From assembly GCA_043228905.1 (NCBI GenBank), contig JBHGNT010000003.1, positions 7,750,001 through 7,814,000 on the forward strand: a DNA stretch of 64,000 bases. The letters are read 5' to 3'. The DNA is from Azolla caroliniana (lineage: Eukaryota; Plantae; Polypodiophyta). The notes under the pieces are model-generated. The model made no database searches. It was given only the letters and a program-made list of their open reading frames with translations, and had not been told where the DNA came from. Positions 12,305-25,000 of the stretch are shown here, in pieces. The translations under genes were made by a program, and so were the position numbers. Numbering within the stretch: position 1 is the first letter of the stretch; every line of letters starts with the position of its first letter.

Positions 12305-13072
12305 ATGGCGTCAACATCCGGCTCGTCAGAAATGAGTCTACGAAAGTTCGATGGATCGAACTTCAACTTCTGGAAGGAACAAATGCAGGACTATCTCATA
12401 GTCAAGGGGCAAATCGACCCCATCGAAAATGAAGAACCTCCAGAAGGATACAAACCAATTGAGTGGCAGAAGCTGGACAGAATCGTCCGCGCCACGATTC
12501 GGATGCACCTATCGGAATCGGTATACTTTACGGTGCAATCGTGTACGACAGCATTCGAACTGTGGAAAACACTGTCGGACACTTACGAAAAGAAGGTCGC
12601 CGCAACGAAGATGTTTCTGATCCGGCGCCTCTACAACTTGCGGATGAAAGAATCCGATTCGGTCCAAGCACACCTCAATGAGTACGAAAGCATAAGCTCC
12701 CAAATCTCGTCACAGGGGACGGCAATCGAGGATGAACTCAGAGCAATGATACTCATGAGTAGCCTTCCCTCATCATGGGAAACTTTCGTCACAACCGTGT
12801 GCAACGCGTCAACCACGGCTGTTAAATACTCCGAAGTCACGAGCGCAATCCTGACCGAAGCAGCTCGGAGAAAGTCTTTCGCCAAAGACTCAACAGACGA
12901 CGCTTACGTAGTACAAGGTTCGACAGACCGATCGAACATACGAGGAAGAGATTCCTCACGGCCGCCGAACAATCAGCGAAGACGGAGCCAATCACGGGAT
13001 AACCGAATCTGCAACTATTGCAAGAAACCCGGACACATCAAAGCCGACTGCCGCGCACTCAAGAACAAGAAC
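12305..13072 (+). CDS. gag of Copia B (5' part of a gag-pol ORF interrupted by C)
   Basis: KFDGSNFNFWKEQMQDYL, ILMSSLPSSWETFV, zinc knuckle CNYCKKPGHIKADC. Confidence 0.9.
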
Positions 13073-16000
13073 TGTTGGGATTACGGTCCCTTCGGATGGG
13101 ATGGTCGGATATCGGAGATGAATGCCGACAAGCCCGGTTTCGGTTTCGGATCCGGATGACGAAGACCCCGGCTTCGGTGCCGGATGACGAATGTACCCGA
13201 AGAGCGATCCGGATGCAGGGACGGCTATAGTTGTAAATAGCCCAAAGTCATATAAGTATAAATATGACTTAGGGCAAACAGTTTTTTCGTTGCTTCTCAT
13301 TTTTCTGTTTTTCCACTCAAGAGGAGTGAAGAGGGAGCAGCCGTGAGAGAGAGAGAGAGATAGAGCGCGAGAGAGGAAGAGGTAGACGCCTCTGTGTATT
13401 TCCGCCGCCTGTGGCGAGGACAGCGAGCTCAAGGTCGTCGCCTTGGAGCTCGTCATTGTATATTTCTCTGTGCATAGTTTGGTTCGGAGTCTCGCACTCC
13501 CGTGGTTTTTCCCGTATAGGGTTTTCCACGTTAATCCCTGTGTATCGCGTCTTTCTCTGTATTTCCTGTTTTCTGCTACATTGATCCGCGATTAATCGGT
13601 TGTGGCCGAGTGGTGAAGGTGAATCCAAGCGTTGATTCCCAACAAACTGGTATCAGAGCGACTGTTGCAGAAAATGGAAGGCGGCGGCAGCGGGCAGCCG
13701 ATGATGATGGTGCTGAATGCACAGAATTACGCCGACTGGAAGATCAAGATGGAGGATCTTCTGATTGTTCGGGACCTGTACGAACCGATTGACAGGTCGG
13801 AAATACCGAAAGGGGTACTTGAGTCGGAGTGGAAGCTCCTGAACCGGAAAGCCGTAGCGACGATCCGACAATACGTCGATGTAAGCGTCCTACAACATGT
13901 GGCGAACGACACCAACGCATACGAGATGTGGAAGAAGCTGTCGGGCCTCTATGAGAGGAAGAATGCGTTGAACCGGACCTCCCTGATGAGGAAGATAGTG
14001 AATCTCAAGTACCGGGACGGCGAGAGTATGGTGGAACACGTAAGCACGTTCATGGGATTCGTGAATCAGCTTGCGGCGATCAAGTTCCCGTTGGAGGATG
14101 CAATGCAAGCCATCATCCTGATGTGTACATTGTCGGAAAGCTGGGAGAACTTGGTGGTGACTCTCAGCACCTCGTGCACCGAAGATAACTTGTCCTTACA
14201 AACGGTAAAGACAAGTATTCTGAATGAAGAAGCGCGTCGGAGAGATAAGGAACCGGCCTCCGACCCGAAGATGCTGTTTACCGAATCGGATCGGGGAAGA
14301 CAATGGAACCGGAGTCCGCAAAGACGGGAGAAGTCGGGGACCCGGTCGCAGTCAAGAGGAAGACCCACATGCTTCCACTGTGGGAAGCCGGGGCACTTCC
14401 GGAAGAACTGTCGGCATTACCGAAAAGACAACGGAGCCGACGACACCGACTCGAAGAAGTCACCGGAGAGAAACGGTGCATACCGGGGAGCCACGGACCG
14501 GAGAGGTTCGGATCGGCGAGGGCAGGACCGGAAAGGAACAACGGCACTCGCGGCAAGTGAGGAAGAAATCATGCTCATCACCGAAGAAGGTGAGCTAAAC
14601 GTTGCCGGCGATGAGACGACCTGGGTGGTCGATTCCGGAGCATCGTTCCACCTGACCCCGGAGAGAAGATACTTCTCATCCTACACAGCCGGTGAGCATG
14701 GCTGTGTTCGGATGGGAAATGAAGGTACGTGCCGGATTGCCGGCATAGGAGACGTGTGGTTGACAACCCCGACCGGATGCAAAATGCTGCTGAAGAATGT
14801 CCGACACGTTCCGGAGGTCCGATTGAACCTGATCTCGGCCGGGAGGCTAGATGATGAAGGCTACACGGGTAGCATCCGGGACGGTGTCATGAAGTTCAGC
14901 AAGGGGAGCCTGATAGTGGCTCGGGCCCGGAAGGTCAACACACTGTACCTGATGAATGCCCGGTTATGTCCGGAAGAGCTGAATGTGGCAGCCGACACTG
15001 CCGGTGAGCTGTGGCACAAAAGACTGTGCCACATGAGTGAGAAGGGGATGAAGAGGCTTGCAGAAGACAACCTCATCCCAGTGAAGCACGTGCACCTGGA
15101 GAAGTGCACCGATTGCCTGGCCGGTAAGCAAAACCGAACCTCCTTCCACTCAAGGCCACCGACGAGACGTAGCGCACCATTGGAGTTGGTGCACACTGAC
15201 GTGTGTCAGGTAGAGACGAAGTCACATGGCGGAGCCCAGTACTTCGTAACATTCATCGATGATCATAGCCGAAAACTGTGGACGGCACCGATGAAGACAA
15301 AGGACCAAGTGTTGTCCGTCTTCAAAGAACTCCACGCGAGAGTGGAAAGGGAATCCGGCAAGAAGCTGAAAGCGATACGAGCGGATAACGGAGGGGAATA
15401 CCGGGGGCAGTTCCAGGAGTACTGTCGCTCGAAGGGAATCCGACTCGAGTTTACTGTGCCGAAGACGCCGGAACTGAACGGGCTGGCCGAGAGGATGAAC
15501 CGGACCATAATGGAGCGGGTCCGGAGTATGCTGGCGCATGCGAAATTACCCAAGGGGTTTTGGGCTGAGGCAATGTCGACGGCGACATATGTGATAAACA
15601 GATCACCCTCAGTTCCTTTGGACGGAGACACGCCGCAGAGAGTGTGGACCGGTAAGGAAGTGTCCTACCGGCATCTGAAGGTGTTCGGGTGTCTCGCATA
15701 CGTGCATGTGGCAAAGGACCGGAGAGGAAAGCTAGATCCTAAGACCCGGCCATGCATATTCCTCGGTTACGGCGACGACGAGTTCGGCTACCGAGTATGG
15801 GACCCGGTCGACAAGAAGATATTCAGGAGTCGAGACATCATCTTCATGGAGGACAAGACACTCGCCGACTGGGAGTCGGAGAAGAAGATGAAGAGCTCCA
15901 AGTCGATCGGTGAGGATCAACTCTACGAGGAGCAGTCCCGACCGGCAAGGGACCGGTTAGCACTCGAGGATCCAGCTGAAGACGGTGAAGAAACAGAACC

Positions 16001-18331
16001 GGCCGAAGAAGATGAAAATGATACCGGAACCGGCCCCGATCCCGAAATGGATTCGGATGAAGAAGAAGAATCGGAAGAACCGGTTACCGAAGCTCCGGAA
16101 CGGAGATACCCTCTAAGAGAGAGAAGGGCCCCCCGGAGATTTCCGGAACCAGAGCACGTGTTGCTAACCGACGAGGGGGAGCCGGAGAGCTTTGAAGAAG
16201 CAAAGCATGACACCCAGAGCCGCAGGTGGTTGAGTGCCATGCAGGACGAGATGGATTCCCTGCATGAGAACCACACATATGAACTTGTGGAGTTGCCGAA
16301 AGGAAAGCGGGCACTGCGAAACAAGTGGGTGTTCAAGCTGAAACCGGGAGATGCCGGAAACCCCCCGAGATACAAAGCCAGGATCGTGGTGAAGGGGTTT
16401 CAGCAGAAGAAGGGCGTCGACTTCGACGAGATATTTGCCCCGGTAGTGAAGATGACCTCCATCCGGACGGTGTTGAGCATAGCGGCAAGCATGGACCTCG
16501 AGGTAGAACAGATGGACGTGAAGACGGCATTCCTTCACGGCGACCTCGAAGAAGAGATCTACATGCAGCAACCGGAAGGATTCGAGAAGAAAGGGAAGGA
16601 GCACCTGGTATGCCGGTTGAAGAAGAGCCTTTACGGACTGAAGCAGGCTCCCCGGCAATGGTACCGGAAGTTCGACTCCTTCATGACCGACGAAGGGTAC
16701 CTCAAAACGCAGTCCGACCACTGCGTGTTTGTGAAGAAGTTCGAAGGAGGAGACTCCCTAATACTCCTCCTGTACGTGGACGACATGTTGATCGTCGGAC
16801 GGGACCAGGTCAAGATACGGATGCTGAAGAAGGCTCTTCACCGAACTTCTCAATGAAGGACCTGGGTCCGGCGAGGCAAATACTAGGGATGCACATCATC
16901 CGGGACCGGAGCAAGAAGCAGTTGTGGCTGTCACAAGAGAAGTACGTGACAAAGGTGCTTCAACGGTTCAACATGTCGGAAGCAAGACCGGTCGGATCAA
17001 CCCTACCGGCAAACTGCAAGTTGTCCAGCAAGCAAAGTCCCAAGACAAAGGCTGAAAAGGAGGATATGATGAAAGTGCCGTATGCCTCAGCTGTCGGGAG
17101 CTTGATGTACGCCATGGTGTGTACGAGACCGGACATCGGATATGCAGTCGGAGTGGTGAGCCGGTACATGAGCAATCCCGGCAAAGAGCATTGGAACGCG
17201 GCCAAGTGGATACTCCGATACCTGAAGGGCACGGCAAACGTGTGCCTCCGATTCGGCTCCGGTAAGCCCGAACTCGAAGGCTTTACTGATTCTGATATGT
17301 CGGCTGATGCAGATACCAGCCGGTCCACATCAGGGTATGTGATGACGTATGCAGGGGGAGCTGTTTCATGGCAGTCGAGGCTGCAGAAGACGGTTGCGCT
17401 GTCAACCACGGAGGCGGAGTACATGGCGGCTGTTGAAGCCGGCAAGGAAATAATATGGATGAAGGACTTCATTAGAGAGCTCGGTATCCGGCAAGAGGAG
17501 TACCGACTCTACTGCGATAGTCAGAGTGCCATCCACCTTGCGAAGAACGCGGCCTACCATTCCCGGACGAAACACATCCAGCGTAGATACCACTGGATCC
17601 GGGAAAGGATAGAGGACAAGGAGTTCGTGCTGACGAAGATCCACACGGACGAGAACGGGTCGGATATGCTGACCAAGGTCCTCACACCCGACAAGCTGGA
17701 AGCATGCCGAAAGAGGGTCGGATTGGAGAGACATCCCATGCCGAAGTGAAGGGGGAGTTTGTTGGGATTACGGTCCCTTCGGATGGGATGGTCGGATATC
17801 GGAGATGAATGCCGACAAGCCCGGTTTCGGTTTCGGATCCGGATGACGAAGACCCCGGCTTCGGTGCCGGATGACGAATGTACCCGAAGAGCGATCCGGA
17901 TGCAGGGACGGCTATAGTTGTAAATAGCCCAAAGTCATATAAGTATAAATATGACTTAGGGCAAACAGTTTTTTCGTTGCTTCTCATTTTTCTGTTTTTC
18001 CACTCAAGAGGAGTGAAGAGGGAGCAGCCGTGAGAGAGAGAGAGAGATAGAGCGCGAGAGAGGAAGAGGTAGACGCCTCTGTGTATTTCCGCCGCCTGTG
18101 GCGAGGACAGCGAGCTCAAGGTCGTCGCCTTGGAGCTCGTCATTGTATATTTCTCTGTGCATAGTTTGGTTCGGAGTCTCGCACTCCCGTGGTTTTTCCC
18201 GTATAGGGTTTTCCACGTTAATCCCTGTGTATCGCGTCTTTCTCTGTATTTCCTGTTTTCTGCTACATTGATCCGCGATTAATCGGTTGTGGCCGAGTGG
18301 TGAAGGTGAATCCAAGCGTTGATTCCCAACA
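13073..18331 (+). mobile_element. Ty1/copia element C (youngest), inserted just after the gag zinc knuckle of B
   Basis: 572-bp LTRs at 13073-13644 and 17760-18331 look identical; TGTTGGGA...CCCAACA termini; perfect TSD AGAAC; PBS 13648-13659; PPT GAAGGGGGAG. Confidence 0.97.
13674..17749 (+). CDS. gag-PR-INT-RT-RH polyprotein of Copia C, one frameshift near 16845
   Basis: CFHCGKPGHFRKNC, WVVDSGASFH, WHKRLCH, LELVHTDV, DNGGEY, NGLAERMNRT, YKARIV, DVKTAFLHG, SLYGLKQAPRQW, YVDDML. The second frame has MKDLG, FTDSD, ALSTTEAEY, CDSQSAI, TKHI. Confidence 0.92.
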
Positions 18332-18336
18332 AGAAC

Positions 18337-21300
18337 AACAAGAAGAGTGGCCGGCATGAGGAGATCAATTACGTCAGCTTCTCAGCGGATGTACTACCGG
18401 ACGACCCGAATATACTATCAATCGAAAATCCAGTCGGATCAGAAGTTCTGCTCACGACTGAAGAATCGAGCACATGGCTCTTGGATTCGGGCGCGTCATT
18501 TCACGTGACTCCTCATAGATCCCAATTTCGGCAATATACGATCCGTCACTCCGACTCAGTTCGAGTCGGCAACTCACAACACTGTGACATCATCGGAATC
18601 GGCACAGTAGAGCTCAACCTTGCAGGTGGCTCTACACTTGTACTCCACAATGTCCGACATGTACCCGAGCTCTCAAGGCCATTGATCTCAGTCGGACAAC
18701 TAGATGAAGACGGCATTCGTGCCGGTTTTTCTTCGGGAGGGTGGACACTCCACTGGGGGAACCTCCTGCTTGCTAGAGGACCCAAGATACACTCCCTGTA
18801 TCCGTTACATGTTACGCTCAGAGAGGGTAACCTGTTTTTGGTGGATATTCCTGTGTCATCACTATGGCACAGAAGATTAGGACACCTCAGCAAGGCCGGC
18901 ATCACGCATCTATCTAGAGCCGGATACATCCCCAAACTCTTCTTCTCCGACCATCAATTCTGCGAGCATTGCCAGTATGGCAAACAAGCAACCGCATCAC
19001 ACCCGACATCAGCACCAAGAGAAACGAGACCTCTCGATTTAGTCCACTCGGACGTCTGTGGCCCAATGCCGCATCAGTCTCTTGGCGGTGCCTCTTACTT
19101 CGTCAGTTTTATTGACGATTCGACTCGAAAGGTGTGGGCTTATCCAATTCGCACCAAAGATCGTGTCTTCTCGATCTTCACCGATTGGCTCGCTATGGTA
19201 GAAAATCAAACCGACCGAAAGCTGAAATGCCTTCGGACCGACAATGGGGGAGAGTTCAAATCCGATGAATTCGTCAAATTCTGCCGACAACGCGGCATCC
19301 GACGTGAATTTACGGCACCACACAGTCCGGAGCAAAACGGGATTGCAGAACGAATGAATCGGACAATCCAAGAAAGGATAGTTTCCATGCTCCAACACTC
19401 CGGACTGTCGGATGGCTTCTGGGCAGAGGCTCTACTCACGGCAGTACACATAATCAATATGTCGCCAAGTAGACCTCTAGGACTTCAAATTCCTCAGGAA
19501 CTATGGATCGGCAGTAAGCCGAATTACGACAAGCTGAGGATCTTCGGATGCGAGGCGTACGCCCTTATTCCGAAAGATGATCGCCGAAAACTTGCACCTC
19601 GGTCCAGGAAATGCATTTTCCTTGGATATGGATCCGACGGCGAAATGGGATACCGACTCTGGGACCCCGAACGCAGACAAATCGTTCGAAGTTCGGACGT
19701 TGTGTTCAACGAGTCGGCTATGACTCCATCAGTCGAAAAACCGATCGAAGTCCGAAGGGTAACATTTTCCGATGTGCCGACCCTTCAAGAAGGCCCCGCT
19801 CTCAACACACGGTCAGCTTCACGGGTAGCTGAACCTTACACTACCGACTCGGACAACTCCGACTCGGCACAGCAGAACAATCCGCTTTCGGACCATCCGA
19901 CCTCGATACCCGATGCGACCAGTCCAATCATACCTCGACGATCCGAGAGACTGTCGCAACCTCCGGAGAGGTATTCTCCTGGAATTTTCTTCACCGACGC
20001 CGGCGAACCGACGTCTTACGAAGAAGCATCGACATCTGTCGATTCCGCCACCTGGCATCTGGCGATGGAGTCGGAAATGCACTCCATTCGGGCAAACAAG
20101 ACTTGGGATCTGGTCAAATTACCTAGGAACCGACGTGCTCTTCCTTGCAAGTGGGTTTATCGACTAAAAGAGACGTCTGATTCGACCACCCCAAAGTACA
20201 AGGCCAGATTAGTTGCGAAGGGCTTCCGACAAGAATATGGCGTCGACTTCGACGAGATTTTTTCACCAGTGGTGAAAATGACAACCCTCCGTTTCCTACT
20301 CGGCGTAGTGGCAGCCGACAACTTGGAGCTGATTCAGCTAGATGTCAAAACAGCCTTCCTCCATGGTGATCTTGAAGAGGAAATTTATATGGAGCAGCCA
20401 AAAGGCTTCGTGGCAACTGGCCAAGAACATCTAGTCTGCCGACTCAGGAAGAGTCTATACGGCCTCAAACAGGCACCACGACAATGGTACAAGAAGTTCG
20501 ACGACTTCATCCAATCGATCGGCTTCTCCAAAAGCGATGAGGACCATTGTCTCTTCACCAACACAGCTCAAGATGGATCACCCATCTTCCTCATCATTTA
20601 CGTGGACGACATGCTAATTTCTGGACGCCACGCGGGCGAACTTGCCGATCTCGTTCGGCAACTGCGGTTGAAGTTTGCCATGAAGGACCTCGGTCCGGCA
20701 CGACACATCCTTGGCATGAAGATTAGTCGGCATCGCGATAAACGACATCTTTTTTTGTCTCAGACCGACTATATCGGACGTGTCTTGGAACGCTTCAACA
20801 TGCAATCAGCCAAATCTGCTTCAACCCCGCTCCCAATGAATCTTCGGCTCTCTCAGCGAGACTGCCCGACATCCGGCCCGGAGGGGGAAGATATGAAGTC
20901 GGTACCGTATGCACCGGCAGTCGGCTCCCTTATGTACCTGATGGTCGCGACACGGCCTGATATTTCTCATGCCGTAGGAGTCGTTAGCAGATTTATGCAC
21001 AATCCTGGCCGATCGCATTGGAACGCAGTCAAGCATGTGTTTAGATATCTGGCTGGCACAAAAGACCATGGCATTCTTTTCGGTCCGAACCGAACCTCAG
21101 GCGTAGTCGGTTACACCGACTCGGACTTCGCCGGCTGTATAGACAGTCGGAAATCAACAACCGGATACTGCTTCAAATTCGGCAATGGAGCAATCTCGTG
21201 GAAGTCGAAACTTCAGGAGTGCACAGCGACCTCAACGACCGAAGCAGAATATGTAGCTGCGTCCGACGCAGCAAAAGAAGCTTTGTGGCTCGGTTGGCTG

Positions 21301-21582
21301 GCGCACACGTTTCGACAAGTCGACCATGACTCGGCTCCAGTTGTCTACAGCGACAGTCAAGGTGTTGTTGCCTTGTCGAAAAATCCGGTTCACCACAACG
21401 CCTCCAAACATATCGACGTTCGATATCACTTCGTTCGGGACTGCGTCATTTCAGGGATAATCGGTCTAGAGAAAATATCCACAACCGACAATGTCGCAGA
21501 TGGAATGACCAAGTGTCTTTCGGCAGACCGTTTTCGGTCTCTTCGGCATCAGATGGGCGTAACGACAAACCAGTCCGGTTAG
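18337..21582 (+). CDS. pol (PR-INT-RT-RH) of Copia B, uninterrupted
   Basis: WLLDSGASFH, WHRRLGH, VHSDVCGP, DNGGEF, YKARLVAKGF, YVDDML, YTDSDFAG, TTEAEY, KHIDVRYHF. In frame with 12305-13072 once C and one TSD are removed. Confidence 0.93.
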   Translation, partial: NKKSGRHEEINYVSFSADVLPDDPNILSIENPVGSEVLLTTEESSTWLLDSGASFHVTPHRSQFRQYTIRHSDSVRVGNSQHCDIIGIGTVELNLAGGSTLVLHNVRHVPELSRPLISVGQLDEDGIRAGFSSGGWTLHWGNLLLARGPKIHSLYPLHVTLREGNLFLVDIPVSSLWHRRLGHLSKAGITHLSRAGYIPKLFFSDHQFCEHCQYGKQATASHPTSAPRETRPLDLVHSDVCGPMPHQSLGGASYFVSFIDDSTRKVWAYPIRTKDRVFSIFTDWLAMVENQTDRKLKCLRTDNGGEFKSDEFVKFCRQRGIRREFTAPHSPEQNGIAERMNRTIQERIVSMLQHSGLSDGFWAEALLTAVHIINMSPSRPLGLQIPQELWIGSKPNYDKLRIFGCEAYALIPKDDRRKLAPRSRKCIFLGYGSDGEMGYRLWDPERRQIVRSSDVVFNESAMTPSVEKPIEVRRVTFSDVPTLQEGPALNTRSASRVAEPYTTDSDNSDSAQQNNPLSDHPTSIPDATSPIIPRRSERLSQPPERYSPGIFFTDAGEPTSYEEASTSVDSATWHLAMESEMHSIRANKTWDLVKLPRNRRALPCKWVYRLKETSDSTTPKYKARLVAKGFRQEYGVDFDEIFSPVVKMTTLRFLLGVVAADNLELIQLDVKTAFLHGDLEEEIYMEQPKGFVATGQEHLVCRLRKSLYGLKQAPRQWYKKFDDFIQSIGFSKSDEDHCLFTNTAQDGSPIFLIIYVDDMLISGRHAGELADLVRQLRLKFAMKDLGPARHILGMKISRHRDKRHLFLSQTDYIGRVLERFNMQSAKSASTPLPMNLRLSQRDCPTSGPEGEDMKSVPYAPAVGSLMYLMVATRPDISHAVGVVSRFMHNPGRSHWNAVKHVFRYLAGTKDHGILFGPNRTSGVVGYTDSDFAGCIDSRKSTTGYCFKFGNGAISWKSKLQECTATSTTEAEYVAASDAAKEALWLGWLAHTFRQVDHDSAPVVYSDSQGVVALSKNPVHHNASKHIDVRYHFVRDCVISGIIGLEKISTTDNVADGMTKCLSADRFRSLRHQMGVTTNQSG

Positions 21583-22062
21583 AGCCGGACACAGAGCAGG
21601 ATGGTTCCCGACAACCGACATCAGTTCCTTAATGATCGGCTTCAACCGTTCCGACCCGACCAGTTCGGTCTTCTGCCTTCGGACCCTGCCGACTCGAACA
21701 AAGCTGATATGTCCGAGAACCTAAGTCTATACCTGTAATCTTAGATAACCCATGTATACGCCCATTACGGGGGAGTGTCGAATACATGTGTATAATGGAC
21801 GTATTCACACTATCTCGTTTTGGCCATTTATGTAATTAGCATAAAGGGTAGTTGCCCTAAGTCGGTCACTATATATAGTGACCTTGCAACCTTTTTGTAA
21901 GGTTGGGTGTTGTATCATTACGTTGTGCAATAAGAAACTCTTTTGTGCCTCTCTCTCTCTCTCTCTCTGTGCACGATCTATGATTCTGTTATACGCAGGT
22001 ACTCAACAGCAATCGAATGCTGCTTGATCTTCCGCATAGACGACCTCATCCCCAACAACTAG

Positions 22063-25000
22063 CACTACTCCTGCTCGGTTCCCTCCCAGATAGTTGGGAG
22101 ACGTTGGTTGTCACCTTGGGCAACGCTGGGCCGGAAGGGAAACAGTTATTTCTAGCAAGAGTGAAGTCGAGCTTGCTAGATGAGGAGGCGCGTCGGAAAG
22201 ATAAGGATACGAGCTCCGACTCCAAAGCGCTCCTTACCGAATCGGAACGTGGAAGACAAAGGAACCGTAGCCTCCAGAACCGGGAAAAGTCGGGGACACG
22301 GTCAAAGTCAAGGGGGACAAACCGGGACACTTCCAGAAGAACTGTCGGCATTTCCGAAAAGACAAGGAATCCGACGGTACTGATTCGAAGCGGACACCGG
22401 ACCGAAATGGTAAAGACCAGAGGGGAACGGACCGGAAGGGAATGACGGCAATCGCGGCAAGTGAAGAAGAGTTGATGCTCATCACCGAGGAGAGTGAGCT
22501 AAACCTTGCCCGGCGACGAGATGACCTGGGTGGTCGACTCCGGAGTGTCGTTCCACCTTACCCCGGACCGGAAATGCTTCTCATCCTACTCAGCCAGTGA
22601 TCACGGCTTTGTCCGGATGGGGAATGAAGGTACATGCCGAATTGTCGGCATAGGAGACGTGTGGTTGACAACACCAACCGGATGCAAGCTGCTGCTGAAG
22701 GATGTTTGACACGTTCCGGAGGTTCGTCTGAACCTAATATCAGTCGGTCGGCTAGATGATGAAGGCTACACGGGTAGCATCCGGAACGGTGTTATGAAGT
22801 TCAGCAAAGGGAGCCTGATTGTGGCTCGGGCCCGGAAGGTAAACACGTTGTACCTGATGAATGCTCGGTTATGTCTGGAGGAAGTGAAAATTGCATCTGA
22901 CATTGTCGGTGAGCTGTGGCACAAAAGGTTGTGTCACATGAGCGAGAAGGGGATGAAGAGGCTTGTAGACGACAACCTCATTCTAGTGAAGAACGTGCAC
23001 TTGGAGAAGTGCACTGATTGTTTGGCCGGTAAGCAAAACCGGACCTCCTTCCGACCAAGGCCACCGATGAGACGCAATGCACCACTGGAGTTGGTGCATA
23101 TTGATGTGTGTCAAGTGGACACGAAGTCACATGCAGGATCGCAGTACTTCGTGACGTTCATAGATGACCATATCCGGAAGTTGTGGGCCACACCGTTGAA
23201 GACGAAGGATCAGGTGCTATCTGTCTTCAAAGAGCTCCACACGAGAGTGGAAAGAGAAACCGGACGGAAGCTGAAGATGGTTCGAGCAGATAACGGAGGT
23301 GAATACCGGGGGCAGCTCGAGGAGTATTGTCGCTTGAAGGGAATACGGCTCGAATTTACCGTGCCAAAGACGCCGGAACTAAACGGGTTGGCCGAGAGGA
23401 TGAACCGGACCATAATGGAGAGGGTCCGGAGTATGGTAGCGCATGCAAAACTACCCAAGAAGTTTTGGGTTGAGGCACTGTCGACAACGATATATGTGAT
23501 AAACATATCACCCTCAGTACCCTTGGACGGAGGCACGCCACAAAGAGTCCGGACCGGTGAGGAAGTGTCCTACTGGCATCTGAAGGTATTTGGGTGTCTT
23601 GCGTATGTGCCTGTAGCTAAGGACCGGAGAGGAAAGCTAGATCCGAAGACCCGGCCATGCATATTCCTCGGTTACAGCGACGATGAGTTCGGCTACCGAG
23701 TGTGGGACCCGCTCGACAAGAAGGTATTCCGGAGTCGAGATATTATCTTCATGGAGGACCAGATGCTCGCCGACTGGGAGTCGGAGAAGAAGATAATGAA
23801 CTCTAAGTCGATCGGTAAGGATCGATTCTACAATGAGCAGACCCAACCGGCAAGAGACCGGTTAGCACTCGAGGAACCAGCCGGTTACAGTGAGGATACC
23901 GAACCGGCTGAAGAAGAAGTACAGGAAGCTGAAATCGGAACTGGCCAAGACCCCGAATCGGATTCAGATGAAGAGCAAGTGGAGGAGCCGGTTACCGAAG
24001 CCCAAAGACGGAGATATCCTCTCAGAGAGAGAAGGCCCCCCCGTAGATTTATGGATGCAGAGCATGTCCTACTGACCGATGAGGGGGAGCCAGAAAGCTT
24101 CGAAGAAGCAAAGGATGACACCCACAGACGCAAATGGTTAAGTGTCATGCAGGATGAGATGGATTCCCTGCATGAGAGCCATACGTACGAATTGGTGGAG
24201 TTGCTGAAAGGAAAGCGGGCACTCTGTAACAAGTGGGTGTACAAGTTGGTGAAGGTGTTCCAACAGAAGAAGGGCGTGGACTTCGACGAGATATTTGCCC
24301 CAGTAATAAAGATGACCTCCATCTGGACGGTGCTGAGTATAGCGGCAAGCATGGACCTCGAGGTAGAGCAGCTAGACATGAAGACGGCATTCCTTCACGG
24401 TGACCTTAAAGAGGATATCTACATGCAGCAACCGGAAGGATTCGGGGAGAAAGGGAAGGAGCACCTGGTATGTCGGTTGAAGAAGAGCCTGTACGAACTG
24501 AAGCAGGCTCCCCGGCAGTGGTACCAGAAGTTCGATTCCTTCATGACCGATCAAAGGTGCCACAAAACACAAGCCGATCACTGCGTGTTTGTGAAGAAGT
24601 TCGAAGGAGGCGACTTCCTGATACTCCTTCTATACGTGGATGACATGTTGATCGTCGGACGGGACCAAGCCAAAATACGGATGCTGAAGAAGGCTCCCAA
24701 CCAGACCTTCTCAATGAAAGACTTGGGTCCAACAAGACAGATGTTGGGGATACATATCATCCGGAACCGGCCAATGAAGCAGTTGTGGCTGTCACAGGAG
24801 AAATACGTGACAAAGGTGCTCCAACGGTTCAACATGTTAGAAGCGAAACCGGTTGGATCGACACTCCCGGCAAACTGTAGGTTATCCAGTAAGCAAAGCC
24901 CGAAGACGAAAGCAGAGAAGGCGGATATGATGAAGGTTCCATATGCCTCTGCCATCGGGAGCTTAATGTACGCAATGGTGTGTACCCGACCGGATATAGG

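Larger units (their letters stand above)
11346..22057 (+). mobile_element. Ty1/copia element B (young), inserted in the gag of A
   Basis: 282-bp LTRs at 11346-11627 and 21776-22057 with one visible mismatch; perfect TSD ACTAG; PBS TGGTATCAGAGC 11630-11641; PPT GGGGGAG before the 3' LTR. Confidence 0.95.

Noticed and set aside
16325-16845. Novel N-terminal half of the 474-aa ORF
   Set aside because: An off-frame shadow of RT upstream of the 1-nt frameshift.
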